Source: Lingula anatina
Lineage: Eukaryota > Animalia > Brachiopoda
Assembly (NCBI GenBank): GCA_051362555.1
Contig: CM120640.1
Location: 1,984,001-2,048,000, forward strand
DNA: 64,000 nt
Direction: 5' to 3'
Part shown: one piece after another, positions 1 through 14,000 of the stretch
Layout: every line of letters begins with the position of its first letter
Position numbering within the stretch: position 1 is the first letter of the stretch
Notes under the pieces: generated by a model
The model's database searches: none
The model's input: only the letters and a program-made list of their open reading frames with translations
What the model was told of the DNA's origin: nothing
Translations under genes and position numbers: made by a program

Positions 1-927
1 AATACACCTTTTAGTTCAATTGACAATGTCTGAAACATGCATACTTGAAGCCCAAGAGAAATGCATTTAATTGCTGAAAGTGACAGAAAAGAGGATATTC
101 ATTGCCTTATATATTTATACCTTTCTTAAGACTTGGATCAAATGTTAAATGTCCTTAAGGAAAGGTACTGTTCATTCACTTTTAGCTAGGTGAAGAAAAA
201 GATGTCTTCAAAACCTATATGAAAAGGGCACTTAATATATAACTGGGCATATTAATAGCCAAAACCTGATAATTCCTAAACTGTATATTTTGACCAAAAT
301 CTAATATTCAAGTATGGTCCCTTTTATTCAATCCTAACAGGGGCACACAATCAATAAGAATAAAACAATACAAAATACAGTGAATGATTATGTCATAATA
401 AATTTATCCAACATCTCATGGCTTGGTGCCAAAACAATCAAACTCATAAAGGTAAAATATAAATTATATACCAACAAAACCCCTTCAGAATGTAATAATG
501 GGTGTTTATAACAAGCAAAACTGAGGTCTTCATGGCATCCGCTCTGATCATTTTTATTTTCATCTATTTTCTCATCTTCAGTGATACAAAAAAAGTTTCC
601 CCAGCATGTCCAGGCATGATTTCATGGTAACTGTCTCCATGCCTTCCAATATTAGAGTAAACAAAGGGGAAAACAGTACAAGTTATGATTATATATATAT
701 ATGAAATTACTTCTCCTGTTTAGACTAGGAAGATAAATATTAAAAGAAGAGAAATACATGCACTGCTTGCCAGCAATTATGTTGCCTCAGGAGAATGGTC
801 GGAAATTGAGTTTTAGCGTGTTTTCTCAACTCATTCCCATTTCAACAGTGCACTTAGGGTGAAACCAGCAAGTTCCTGATCTTACTTTAGACGATAATTT
901 CTACAGCAGAAAAATAGCAACACCTAC

Positions 928-1214
928 CCCAGAACTTCAGGTGAAAAACAATCCTGCGGTTCTTCGAGGCCCTCTTTCTGAATCTCGCTTCTGACGAAGT
1001 TTTCAAAAAGTTCTTTCCCTTCTTCGACCGTGTCGTCGCCCGGAAGGTGGACCTTGGAAACACACACTGGACAAGAAAGGGCCTGGCGGTCCAACGTATT
1101 CAAACTGTCCGATCTGTGTCTTTGCGCTAAACCCATGTCTAGATTCAACTGAGTCTGCGACAGTCTTGTTCGAAATCTCGTTTGTTGTCTTTCTACTACT
1201 GCAGCCGCAGCCAT
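928..1214 (-). CDS. First coding exon of a gene running off the left edge; possibly Bcl-2 family (BAX/BAK-like)
   Basis: ATG at 1214 in a CpG-rich promoter region. The ORF ends at a G|GTAGGT donor (exon end 928). Its C-terminal segment DTVEEGKELFENFVRSEIQKEG resembles the helix-1/BH4-like segment of BAK/BAX-type proteins (recalled similarity only). No BH1-3 motifs lie inside the window. Confidence 0.4.
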
Positions 1215-1600
1215 CCTAAAAAGTCTTTGATGTATTGGTTTAATGATATTCGTGAATTCGTATGCTGTTCTTTCCCCTGTAGTGCCACTGTCACGTCACG
1301 TTATTTCACCTCATACGCTCGCCAGGTGTTTGCGTTAATGCCGACTGATCATGCCTTTTTGTCCCTTCTCAGACACTCACTTAATATTTATGAGTCACTT
1401 ACGCGACGCGCGCCGACTCTTCACTTTCACATACTAAAACTGTTTGAGCACGCGCCAGATGACATTTAACCCGGAAGTATGAATGTAGTTTAATGTTAAA
1501 TTTTAACCAATCAAAAACCGCTGTTTATTTTCTTCGGAGTTGTCAGTCTTCGCTTCACTAGCCGATTGCACGGGGCCGAACTTTTGTGTGGTGTGAAGGT
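1215..1600. promoter_or_regulatory. Bidirectional promoter between the minus-strand gene and the PWWP gene
   Basis: Local CpG enrichment (acgcgacgcgcgccg), an ETS-type CCGGAAGT at ~1471 and CCAAT at ~1507. A probable non-coding first exon ends at GAAG|GTTTGT (~1598). Confidence 0.55.
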
Positions 1601-2026
1601 TTGTAGAATGTTTGCTGAGCATCAGAGAGCAAATGTAGATTTGTGTTTCGGCTGATGCAAACATATAACTGTTTTCCTTCTAATCGACTGATGCAATTTG
1701 CTCTACAGTGCATACTTACACATTTTGGATACCAGTAACAGACGACGGCATTCTTTCACAATCACAACTCCCAATTGTTAATTTCTGATACACTAACAGC
1801 CCCAGCTCTGCAGTTTTGTTAAATTTACTGAAATAGTAATTTCATCTCGATTGCATCCATAATAGCTCTATTTTGTGTTTGTTTTGTACATATAATATGT
1901 TAAGAGAGAGCTGGTTTACAGTTATCAGTGGACATGGCGTTGGATGCTATACATATTTTATGAACAATGGAAATATTGTATGCATAAAGAACACCGAATG
2001 ATATTTCCAGTGATGATCTAGCTGTC

Positions 2027-5000
2027 ATGTATCAGGAACAAGATATTGTGTGGGTGAAGATTCCACGTTATCCGTGGTGGCCTGCCGTGGTAAATAATTA
2101 ACTCATTGTTTAATTGTGTGTAAATAAATTTACCCATGGAATAAACCTTGTAGGAGGGAGTTCATGGCACCAGTAATCATAAAAAAACACAGACTTTTAT
2201 TAAATAAAAACATGAATGTTGAGCCTCACTGGATTTTTTCTAAGATATTATAGATAATTCTATGAGAAGCTTGCTAATTTTATAACCAAAATCACCTTGT
2301 ATAAATCGTGTGTTTTAGAGCAGTTATGATACATCCATGTAACACTTCCATCACATCCATGCTGATACTTCCTTTTATGAATATGTGATTAAAGTGAAAA
2401 GATTTTGATGACATGATTTAGGTGGTGAATGAGGATGACTGTCCACTTGAAAACACTGGGAAACAGGTGCCCATTGCCTATGTCAAGTTTTTGGGTGAAG
2501 ATGATCAGTTGTAAGTCAAAAACTACCCAGCATATAATATTATGTACCTTGAAAATAATGGTAGTTTTGTACAATTAATCACAATTTTATTGATGAGACT
2601 GTAAAAGTGTAAGTATGTTTGTGGTATATATTTTTGTAAATGTGTTACATTCTGATTTCAGTGAAATTGTGAAAAATGAGAAGAATTTGAAGGATTTTAA
2701 CTGTGCAGAAAAAGAGGGCTTGATCACTAAAGGCAAAGGTAATCAAATGTTGATAGTGCATTTTCAAATATGCTTACATGTTGTATGATATTTATGGAAC
2801 TTATTTTTAATAATTTTTCCACAAAATCTGGATAGATTGAGAACATTAAGATATGCCCATTTTTTTTAGGTAATAGTATATATAGCATACTTAGGTAATG
2901 ATTTATCCATCTGTTAAGTTCCTGTTTATATATATTATTTATTTATAGAAAGCTGAAAGGTGGTATTTTAGTGAGATAATGGTATGTAAAACATGATGAC
3001 CAGAGTCACAGGTATTTACAAAAATGATGTCATACGTTTTAAAAATAGCATTAGACAAAGCAGGCGGAGACCATGGCATTGAGATGCGACTCAAGTTTGA
3101 CAAGGCTCTGAATCAAGTGGATAGACTACTAGGAAAACAGCCAAGTCATCCGGATCTGATAGTCCTGCCTGAGGTGAAAAATAATGTTGAGGGGGAGGAA
3201 GATGAAGAAGAAGAAGAAGAAGCTGCGGCTGATGGTCAGGACGGCAAAGGGAGATCTAGATCAGTAAGAGTGTCCAAACTGAACAAACAAAAGGCTGCCC
3301 AACATCAACGATCTCAGTCATTGGCTGCTGCCAAAGAAAAACTTGTTGGTAAAAAACCCAAGAAGAGAACACCAAAGAAACCAAAACCTGTAGCTGAAAG
3401 TATAGAGTTTGAATATGATAAAACTAGAGCTAACCCTAAGAAAAGTACTTTTTCTGTCCACAGTCCTGACATAAAAGGATCACCAAGCTCTGATTATACC
3501 TGTCATAATTGTGACTTTACAGTTAAAAGTCAGAACTTGATAATCCAGCATATGAAATATTGCACAACACCAAAAAATAAAGGAGCCAGTGGAGCTTCTT
3601 CTTCAGTGAAGCCTAGTCCTAGCTTGGCCAACAGAACTAAGAATAATACGCAGAAACAAACTCCACTTGCCTCTAGAGGCAGAAGAGTTGCAGGAAAAGT
3701 CTCGAATTTAGACTCATATATTGAGAAAATTAAGGCGGCAAAGCTCCAGAAGAAAAAAGACTCTAAGATGAGTCAGGCAGGCACAACATCGGACCAAGCC
3801 ACCAACGGGGATGCAGATAGCAGTCAGGACAGCACAAATATGGCGTCCACAAACATGTCTTCCGTACCAGAGTCTGTCGCCATTAAAAAAAAGTTGAAAT
3901 ATAACTGGAACAATGTAGCAGGCAAATCAGACACGCCTGAAAGTCAAACAGCTCTGGATAATGATGATGAACCGTCCACAGTGGACAGTCAAGAAATGGA
4001 AACAGATTCTTCTCCAGCACAAGGAAAAAAGAGGAAAACATCAGAAAGCAGTGACCTACCTATTGGTGAAAGACCAGCTAAGTCAAGCCGGGAGAGTCCT
4101 ACTAGAGAATTAACCCCAGACAAGGAGGAGAATGACGAGCAAGAGAAGAGGGACCAGGAAGTAGCCAAGGAGGTGGAGCAGGTGCTTGAGATGGACCCTA
4201 GTAAAGCCATGGATGACCTTGATAGAGCCATCAGCCTGGCGAATGCCATCTCCAGTGAGATGCAGGCTCAAGAGAGCAAGAAGAGGTAAGGGACCATTCC
4301 CACAGATACTTGGATCAGTCTTACTCCCTGGGGAGTCTCACCAAAATTGCTAACAACTTAACCAACTTGAATCTCTGTAACGCCTAGTAAAACTGTAGGG
4401 GGTCATTATCTTTACCCACTAGCTGTTTTGGTAGGCGTTACAGAAATTTGAGCCAGTTAAGTTGATAGCAATTTAATGAGATTGCGCAGGGAGATAGACG
4501 GATCCAGATGGATCAATCTAGGCATGGGAACCCAGTCTAAGAGAAACTGGGGTAGTGCTAGCAATTTTATTCTCTGAGCCACTTATTTGTCAATTTGTTT
4601 GCCGAATGGTTTGAATTTGACTAAAACAAGTCAAATGAAGCCCATTTTGTTTAGCCAATTTAAGTCAGTTTTTGCATTTGGCTAAATAGGCAAGTGTTAT
4701 TTCTATCACAGAGAAACATAATAACTTGAGATATATATGACTGCTTTTTCAGCTAAATTGAATAACTGTGGCTTTTTTTTCTTAGTCAGCATAAAATGAT
4801 TTTGAATATGTGTATTCCTTCCTTTATTTATAAGTTTTGAAGATTTAAAAAAGAATGTTTCTTTTCAGTTCGTTTGATCCCAATGTTGATGCGTCCGATT
4901 CTGATATTGATGAAGAATTACCTTCGGTTTTATCTTCAAAGCTTGAAGAAAGTAAGTAATAATACAGGACATTAGATTTGGACTGCCCGAGATATTAGGG

Positions 5001-8000
5001 GTGGATAATACCAAGAATGATAAATTTTAATTGACTCCAGTCACTCTGGTTTGAGTGCTATGGAAATGGACCCCCACCAAAAACCTGTGGAAGCAGTGTG
5101 TATTATAGGTGACCTGGGGCTCTTGAATTAGTTTGAGAAAAGATCATCTGTGTCTGTTGTACAAGTGACAGAAGGGATGGGAGGAGATCTTTGACCCCAG
5201 TAATACGTAACTTTGTGTATTATTTATTTTTTTCAGCATGCCCTTTTGAAGTTAATGATGTTGTTTGGGTGAAGGTCCGAAATTATCCATTTTGGCCATG
5301 TGTGGTAAGTTTGGACAGAATTTCGATATTTCAATATTTTCTGTACATTGACATATTAAACTGTTAGACATGACTGAATGTTCTGAATTGCAGAGTAAAG
5401 TAGACTTTATGAATACAGAGTATAATGAAATACTTAATGACAGGTGGCTGTGAAAATGAGATATACTTGACAATTTTCACTATTTTTCACTTGGTCTTTT
5501 AAAACTCTTAATTCACATTCTTTCCCCTTTATTAAGTGGTTGCTACGGTATATACAGTATTGGGGGGGGGGGGGGGGGGTATTAGTGGCAAACTTACTTA
5601 AATCTCAGGAACCGTCCAGCTTGGAATTAAGTCCCATTTTATAGCCTCAAAACTGAATGAGAATTCCCTATTCATGAGTGATATTGCCAAAGAGAGCATT
5701 TTGGCGTATGTGCATTTTTATTTATGTGCTGATTAGAATATATCAGAGACAGAATGAAAAAGGTGAATGCTTTGAACTTGTCCGATAATTGGTATTGTGT
5801 TAAAATGATTTTATTTATAGATAAAGATCTAAATAATGTAATAGTTATAATGTTATAGTTCATAATCAAAGGGATTGTTTTCCTATGCATGGCTTGTGGT
5901 TGTAAAACTACACTCTCTCTGTTAATGGGGTGTTCAATCTTTGATGTGACATGGTCACTAGCGGTTAAAAAAATGACAAAGAGATAAAAGTACATGAAAC
6001 ATTGGTGATGTGCTAATGGATCATTAACAATGGAGTAAAAAATATCATGCATGACATTTAATATCTCCATGGGGATTGATTAATAATTTAATGTTCTAGT
6101 GGAACAGGTTATTGTAAAAAAAGGCTTTTATTTTAATATGTTTTGAATTGCATTAACCACTGAAGTGTGTCCCAGAGGGTTGGTTTGGAACACTGATTTT
6201 ATACACACAGGGGTAGTTCAAAAAATTTCTCCCACAAAAATTTATTAGTGACAATGTTCAGCAGTAATAGTAATTTGTATAAGCTACAAAACCATTAGGT
6301 GTGACATTCCAGATTTATGCTGCCTTGTTTTGTCTATTTCATCTGCTATTATGGCAGTGAGTATTTTTTAGGGGGAAAAGGATATTAAAAGATTTTGGAC
6401 CAAGTTCTATCACTGTGCATAAGAAGGAGTAAATTGATTCTCAGGTCCAGTCTTTAAAAACTATACCCCCTCAAATAAAAGTTCTTTAATATTGTTATTT
6501 TCTTTTGAGGTATCACCAAAACATGGTGGTCTAAGTTAATCATGATTTATATGGGACTGAGTTTTTTTATTTAGAAATTGTAGAAATAATGCAACCAAGT
6601 TAAGGGTTGGGCAGAGCAATGACATAGGAGAAGATTACTTTTTTTAGGAAAATTAGATTTTCGGTGAATATTCTGTGTAGGATAACTTTAGGTAAGTTTT
6701 TTTACACGTCCTGCACAAAATAAACTAACTTAATGGTCTGAGAATAAATTTTGTATTTATTGTACCACCAGCGTTAGCGCTGGCGGTACACATGGTTTCG
6801 GTCTCGTCCGGATCGTTCCGCCGGCTCCGCCGGCTCTGCCGGCTCCGCCGGCTCCGCCGGACGGCTACCGTTACCGCTTCTCCTCCTAGACGGTAAGGCC
6901 CCCCATACCCATCTCATGGATTTAGGTCACCTATAATCTCAACTCGTTCCACGTAAAATTTGGGCTTTGTCGGTATTGGGGTCTGGGTGTGGCACTCATT
7001 GCAATGCACCCTTGTCTAAAAATGGCAAAATTAAATGCTAATTATCTACCCTATGGAAGGAGTTATGGGAAAAATTTCTATAGACGGCTTTCCAAAAGTC
7101 ATATGTGTAGATTTCAAATATACCCTTGGATTTGACCTTTGACCTTTACTTCAAGGTCAAATGGGCCAAAATTTTCAAAAAAATGAAATTTTTTACGAAA
7201 AAAAATTTTTTTGCCCTGTTATTCAGACACCACACAGACTTAACCAATAATATTATTGGAAAGTGTTACCCTTCAGGTCATCTTTCATCTCCATGAATTT
7301 GGGGTCAATCGGTGCATTTTCACGGGAGTAGCGGCCATAAGATACCGAAACTGAAAACTGTCTCTAATTCGGGAACCGTTAATGCTAGAGACCCATTCTT
7401 TTTTGCATTTTGTAGAGCATGTAAAGCCCAACACTGGAGGTGGTCTCGGTTTTTTTGTATTCCATACGGTTTTCGAGTTACGCTGTATCAAAAAGTACAT
7501 ATTGGTGGTAAAAGCAAAATGTGCAGTACGGTAATGGATAATAAATTTTGAACTCTGGAAAAATAAAACATAAGGCTTGGCAAAGCAGACAACTTGTGTT
7601 CAAAAATGACATAATTTCATCAAATTTGAACTTCTGAAACTTCAGAGCACCTCCTATTTCAAGAATTTTGACCAAAATGACATTTTCTTTATTTTAATTA
7701 ATTTTTTCTGTACGAAATTTAAGGCACATTATGGTAACTCCAAAATTATAACATTTAGTCCCTTATATCTCCAAAACTGGCAGAGATAGGTCTATAGTTA
7801 CTATTGAAGTTGGATAGGAAGTCATATACTGGCAATCTATATGTGACCTTAAAATTGACCTTTGACCTACTTTTCACCATGAACTGAACTTTGCAAATTT
7901 TTCTTCCCTTTTATCTCCAAAACTGGCAGAGATAGGCCCATAGTTACGATTGAACTTGAATAGGAAGTCATATACTGGCAATCTATATGTGACCTTAAAA

Positions 8001-11000
8001 TTGACCTTTGACCTACTTTTCACCATAAACTGAACTTTGCAAATTTTGCTTTCCTTTTATCTCCAAAACTGGCTGAGATAGGTCCGTAGTTACTATTGAA
8101 CTTGAATAGGAAGTCATATACTGGCAATCTAAATGTGACCTTAAAATTGACCTTTGACCTACTTTTCACCATAAACTGAACTTTGCAAAATTTGCTTCCG
8201 TTTTATCTCCAAAACTGGCAGAGATAGGTCCATAGTTACTATTGAACTTGAATAGGAAGTCATATACTGGCAATCTAAATGTGACCTTAAAATTGACCTT
8301 TGACCTACTTTTCACCATGAACTGAACTTTGCAAATTTTGCTTCCCTTTTATCTCCAAAACTGGCAGAGATAGGTCCATAGTTACTACTGAACTTGAATA
8401 GGAAGTCATATACTGGCAATTAAATGTGACCTTAAAATTGACCTTTGACCTACTTTTCACCATGAACTGAACTTTGCATGTAAAGCCCAATACTGGAGGT
8501 GGTCTTGGGTTTTTTTGTATTCCATACGGTTTTCGAGTTACGCTGTATCAAAAAGTACATATTGGTGGTAAAAGCAAAATGTGCAGTACGGTAATGGATA
8601 ATAAATTTTGAACTCTGGAAAAATAAAACATAAGGCTTGGCAAAGCAGACAATGTGTTCAAAAATGACATTATTTCATCAAACTTGAACTTCTGAAACTT
8701 CAGAGCACCTCCTATTTCAAGAATTTTGACCAAAATGACATTTTCTTTATTTTAATTAATTTTTTCTGTACGAAATTTAAGGCACATTATGGTAACTCCA
8801 AAATTATAACATTTAGTCCCTTATATCTCCAAAACTGGCAGAGATAGGTCCATAGTTACTATTGAACTTGAATAGGAAGTCATATACTGGCAATCTAAAT
8901 GTGACCTTAAAATTGACCTTTGACCTACTTTTCACCATGAACTGAACTTTGCAAATTTTGCTTCCCTTTTATCTCCAAAACTGGCAGAGATAGGTCCATA
9001 GTTACTATTGAACTTGAATAGGAAGTCATATACTGGCAATCTAAATGTGACCTTAAAATTGACCTTTGACCTACTTTTCACCATGAACTGAACTTTGCAT
9101 GTAAAGCCTAATACTGGAGGTGGTCTCGGGTTTTTTTGTATTCCATACGGTTTTCGAGTTACGCTGTATCAAAAAGTACATATTGGTGGTAAAAGCAAAA
9201 TGTGCAGTACGGTAATGGATAATAAATTTTGAACTCTGGAAAAATAAAACATAAGGCTTGGCAAAGCAGACAACTTATGTTCAAAAATGACATTATTTCA
9301 TCAAACTTGAACTTCTGAAACTTCAGAGCACCTCCTATTTCAAGAATTTTGACCAAAATGACATTTTCTTTATTTTAATTAATTTTTTCTGTACAAAATT
9401 TAAGGCACATTATGGTAACTCCAAAATTATAACATTTAGTCCCTTATATCTCCAAAACTGGCAGAGATAGGTTCATAGTTACTATTGAACTTGAATAGGA
9501 AGTCATATACTGGCAATATAAATGTGACCTTAAAATTGACCTTTGACCTACTTTTCACCATGAACTGAACTTTGCAAATTTTGCTTCCCTTTTATCTCCA
9601 AAACTGGCAGAGATAGGTCCATAGTTACTATTGAAATTGAATAGGAAGTCATATACTGGCAATCTAAATGTGACCTTAAAATTGACCTTTGACCTACTTT
9701 TCACCATGAACTGAACTTTGCAAATTTTGCTTCCCTTTTATCTCCAAAACTGGCAGAGATAGGTCCATAGTTACTATTGAACTTGAATAGGAAGTCATAT
9801 ACTGGCAATATAAATGTGACCTTAAAATTGACCTTTGACCAACTTTTCACCATAAACTGAACTTTGCAAATTTTGCTTCCCTTTTATCTCCAAAACTGGC
9901 AGAGATAGGTCCATAGTTACTATTGAACTTGAATAGGAAGTCATATACTGGCAATCTAAATGTGACCTTAAAATTGACCTTTGACTTACTTTTCACCATG
10001 AACTGAACTTTGCAAATTTTGCTTCCCTTTTATCTCCAAAACTGGCAGAGATAGGTCCATAGTTACTATTGAACTTGAATAGGAAGTCATATACTGGCAA
10101 TCTAAATGTGACCTTAAAATTGACCTTTGACCTACTTTTCACCATGAACTGATAGGTCCATAGTTACTATTGAACTTGAATAGGAAGTCATATACTGGCA
10201 ATCTAAATGTGACCTTAAAATTGACCTTTGACCTACTTTTCACCATGAACTGAACTTTGCAAATTTTGCTTTCCTTTTATCTCCAAAACTGGCTGAGATA
10301 GGTCTGTAGTTACTATTGAACTTGAATAGGAAGTCATATACTGGCAATCTAAATGTGACCTTAAAATTGACCTTTGACCTACTTTTCACCATAAACTGAA
10401 CTTTGCAAAATTTGCTTCCGTTTTATCTCCAAAACTGGCAGAGATAGGTCCATAGTTACTATTGAACTTGAATAGGAAGTCATATACTGGCAATCTAAAT
10501 GTGACCTTAAAATTGACCTTTGACCTACTTTTCACCATGAACTGAACTTTGCAAATTTTGCTTCCCTTTTATCTCCAAAACTGGCAGAGATAGGTCCATA
10601 GTTACTACTGAACTTGAATAGGAAGTCATATACTGGCAATTAAATGTGACCTTAAAATTGACCTTTGACCTACTTTTCACCATGAACTGAACTTTGCATG
10701 TAAAGCCCAATACTGGAGGTGGTCTCGGGTTTTTTTGTATTCCATACGGTTTTCGAGTTACGCTGTATCAAAAAGTACATATTGGTGGTAAAAGCAAAAT
10801 GTGCAGTACGGTAATGGATAATAAATTTTGAACTCTGGAAAAATAAAACATAAGGCTTGGCAAAGCAGACAATGTGTTCAAAAATGACATTATTTCATCA
10901 AACTTGAACTTCTGAAACTTCAGAGCACCTCCTATTTCAAGAATTTTGACCAAAATGACATTTTCTTTATTTTAATTAATTTTTTCTGTACGAAATTTAA

Positions 11001-14000
11001 GGCACATTATGGTAACTCCAAAATTATAACATTTAGTCCCTTATATCTCCAAAACTGGCAGAGATAGGTCCATAGTTACTATTGAACTTGAATAGGAAGT
11101 CATATACTGGCAATCTAAATGTGACCTTAAAATTGACCTTTGACCTACTTTTCACCATGAACTGAACTTTGCAAATTTTGCTTCCCTTTTATCTCCAAAA
11201 CTGGCAGAGATAGGTCCATAGTTACTATTGAACTTGAATAGGAAGTCATATACTGGCAATCTAAATGTGACCTTAAAATTGACCTTTGACCTACTTTTCA
11301 CCATGAACTGAACTTTGCATGTAAAGCCCAATACTGGAGGTGGTCTCGGTTTTTTTGTATTCCATACGGTTTTCGAGTTACGCTGTATCAAAAAGTACAT
11401 ATTGGTGGTAAAAGCAAAATGTGCAGTACGGTAATGGATAATAAATTTTGAACTCTGGAAAAATAAAACATAAGGCTTGGCAAAGCAGACAACTTGTGTT
11501 CAAAAATGACATTATTTCATCAAACTTGAACTTCTGAAACTTCAGAGCACCTCCTATTTCAAGAATTTTGACCAAAATGACATTTTCTTTATTTTAATTA
11601 ATTTTTTCTGTACGAAATTTAAGGCACATTATGGTAATTCCAAAATTATAACATTTAGTCCCTTATATCTCCAAAACTGGCAGAGATAGGTTCATAGTTA
11701 CTATTGAACTTGAATAGGAAGTCATATACTGGCAATCTAAATGTGACCTTAAAATTGACCTTTGACCTACTTTTCACCATGAACTGAACTTTGCAAATTT
11801 TTCTTCCCTTTTATCTCCAAAACTGGCAGAGATAGGTCCATAGTTACTATTGAAATTGAATAGGAAGTCATATACTGGCAATCTAAATGTGACCTTAAAA
11901 TTGACCTTTGACCTACTTTTCACCATGAACTGAACTTTGCAAATTTTGCTTCCCTTTTATCTCCAAAACTGGCAGAGATAGGTCCATAGTTACTATTGAA
12001 CTTGAATAGGAAGTCATATACTGGCAATCTAAATGTGACCTTAAAATTGACCTTTGACCTACTTTTCACCATGAACTTAACTTTGCAAATTTTGCTTCCC
12101 TTTTATCTCCAAAACTGGCAGAGATAGGTCCATAGTTACTATTGAACTTGAATAGGAAGTCATATACTGGCAATCTAAATGTGACCTTAAAATTGACCTT
12201 TGACCTACTTTTCACCATGAACTGAACTTTGCATGTAAAGCCTAATACTGGAGGTGGTCTCGGGTTTTTTTGTATTCCATACGGTTTTCGAGTTACGCTG
12301 TATCAAAAAGTACATATTGGTGGTAAAAGCAAAATGTGCAGTACGGTAATGGATAATAAATTTTGAACTCTGGAAAAATAAAACATAAGGCTTGGCAAAG
12401 CAGACAACTTATGTTCAAAAATGACATTATTTCATCAAACTTGAACTTCTGAAACTTCAGAGCACCTCCTATTTCAAGAATTTTGACCAAAATGACATTT
12501 TCTTTATTTTAATTAATTTTTTCTGTACAAAATTTAAGGCACATTATGGTAACTCCAAAATTATAACATTTAGTCCCTTATATCTCCAAAACTGGCAGAG
12601 ATAGGTTCATAGTTACTATTGAACTTGAATAGGAAGTCATATACTGGCAATATAAATGTGACCTTAAAATTGACCTTTGACCTACTTTTCACCATGAACT
12701 GAACTTTGCAAATTTTGCTTCCCTTTTATCTCCAAAACTGGCAGAGATAGGTCCATAGTTACTATTGAAATTGAATAGGAAGTCATATACTGGCAATCTA
12801 AATGTGACCTTAAAATTGACCTTTGACCTACTTTTCACCATGAACTGAACTTTGCAAATTTTGCTTCCCTTTTATCTCCAAAACTGGCAGAGATAGGTCC
12901 ATAGTTACTATTGAACTTGAATAGGAAGTCATATACTGGCAATATAAATGTGACCTTAAAATTGACCTTTGACCAACTTTTCACCATAAACTGAACTTTG
13001 CAAATTTTGCTTCCCTTTTATCTCCAAAACTGGCAGAGATAGGTCCATAGTTACTATTGAACTTGAATAGGAAGTCATATACTGGCAATCTAAATGTGAC
13101 CTTAAAATTGACCTTTGACTTACTTTTCACCATGAACTGAACTTTGCAAATTTTGCTTCCCTTTTATCTCCAAAACTGGCAGAGATAGGTCCATAGTTAC
13201 TATTGAACTTGAATAGGAAGTCATATACTGGCAATCTAAATGTGACCTTAAAATTGACCTTTGACCTACTTTTCACCATGAACTGATAGGTCCATAGTTA
13301 CTATTGAACTTGAATAGGAAGTCATATACTGGCAATCTAAATGTGACCTTAAAATTGACCTTTGACCTACTTTTCACCATGAACTGAACTTTGCAAATTT
13401 TGCTTTCCTTTTATCTCCAAAACTGGCTGAGATAGGTCTGTAGTTACTATTGAACTTGAATAGGAAGTCATATACTGGCAATCTAAATGTGACCTTAAAA
13501 TTGACCTTTGACCTACTTTTCACCATAAACTGAACTTTGCAAAATTTGCTTCCGTTTTATCTCCAAAACTGGCAGAGATAGGTCCATAGTTACTATTGAA
13601 CTTGAATAGGAAGTCATATACTGGCAATCTAAATGTGACCTTAAAATTGACCTTTGACCTACTTTTCACCATGAACTGAACTTTGCAAATTTTGCTTCCC
13701 TTTTATCTCCAAAACTGGCAGAGATAGGTCCATAGTTACTACTGAACTTGAATAGGAAGTCATATACTGGCAATTAAATGTGACCTTAAAATTGACCTTT
13801 GACCTACTTTTCACCATGAACTGAACTTTGCATGTAAAGCCCAATACTGGAGGTGGTCTCGGGTTTTTTTGTATTCCATACGGTTTTCGAGTTACGCTGT
13901 ATCAAAAAGTACATATTGGTGGTAAAAGCAAAATGTGCAGTACGGTAATGGATAATAAATTTTGAACTCTGGAAAAATAAAACATAAGGCTTGGCAAAGC

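Noticed and set aside
1934-1963. ATGGCG at 1934 as the start of the PWWP gene
   Set aside because: The frame closes after 9 codons with no usable donor. The ATG at 2027 directly opens the PWWP domain.
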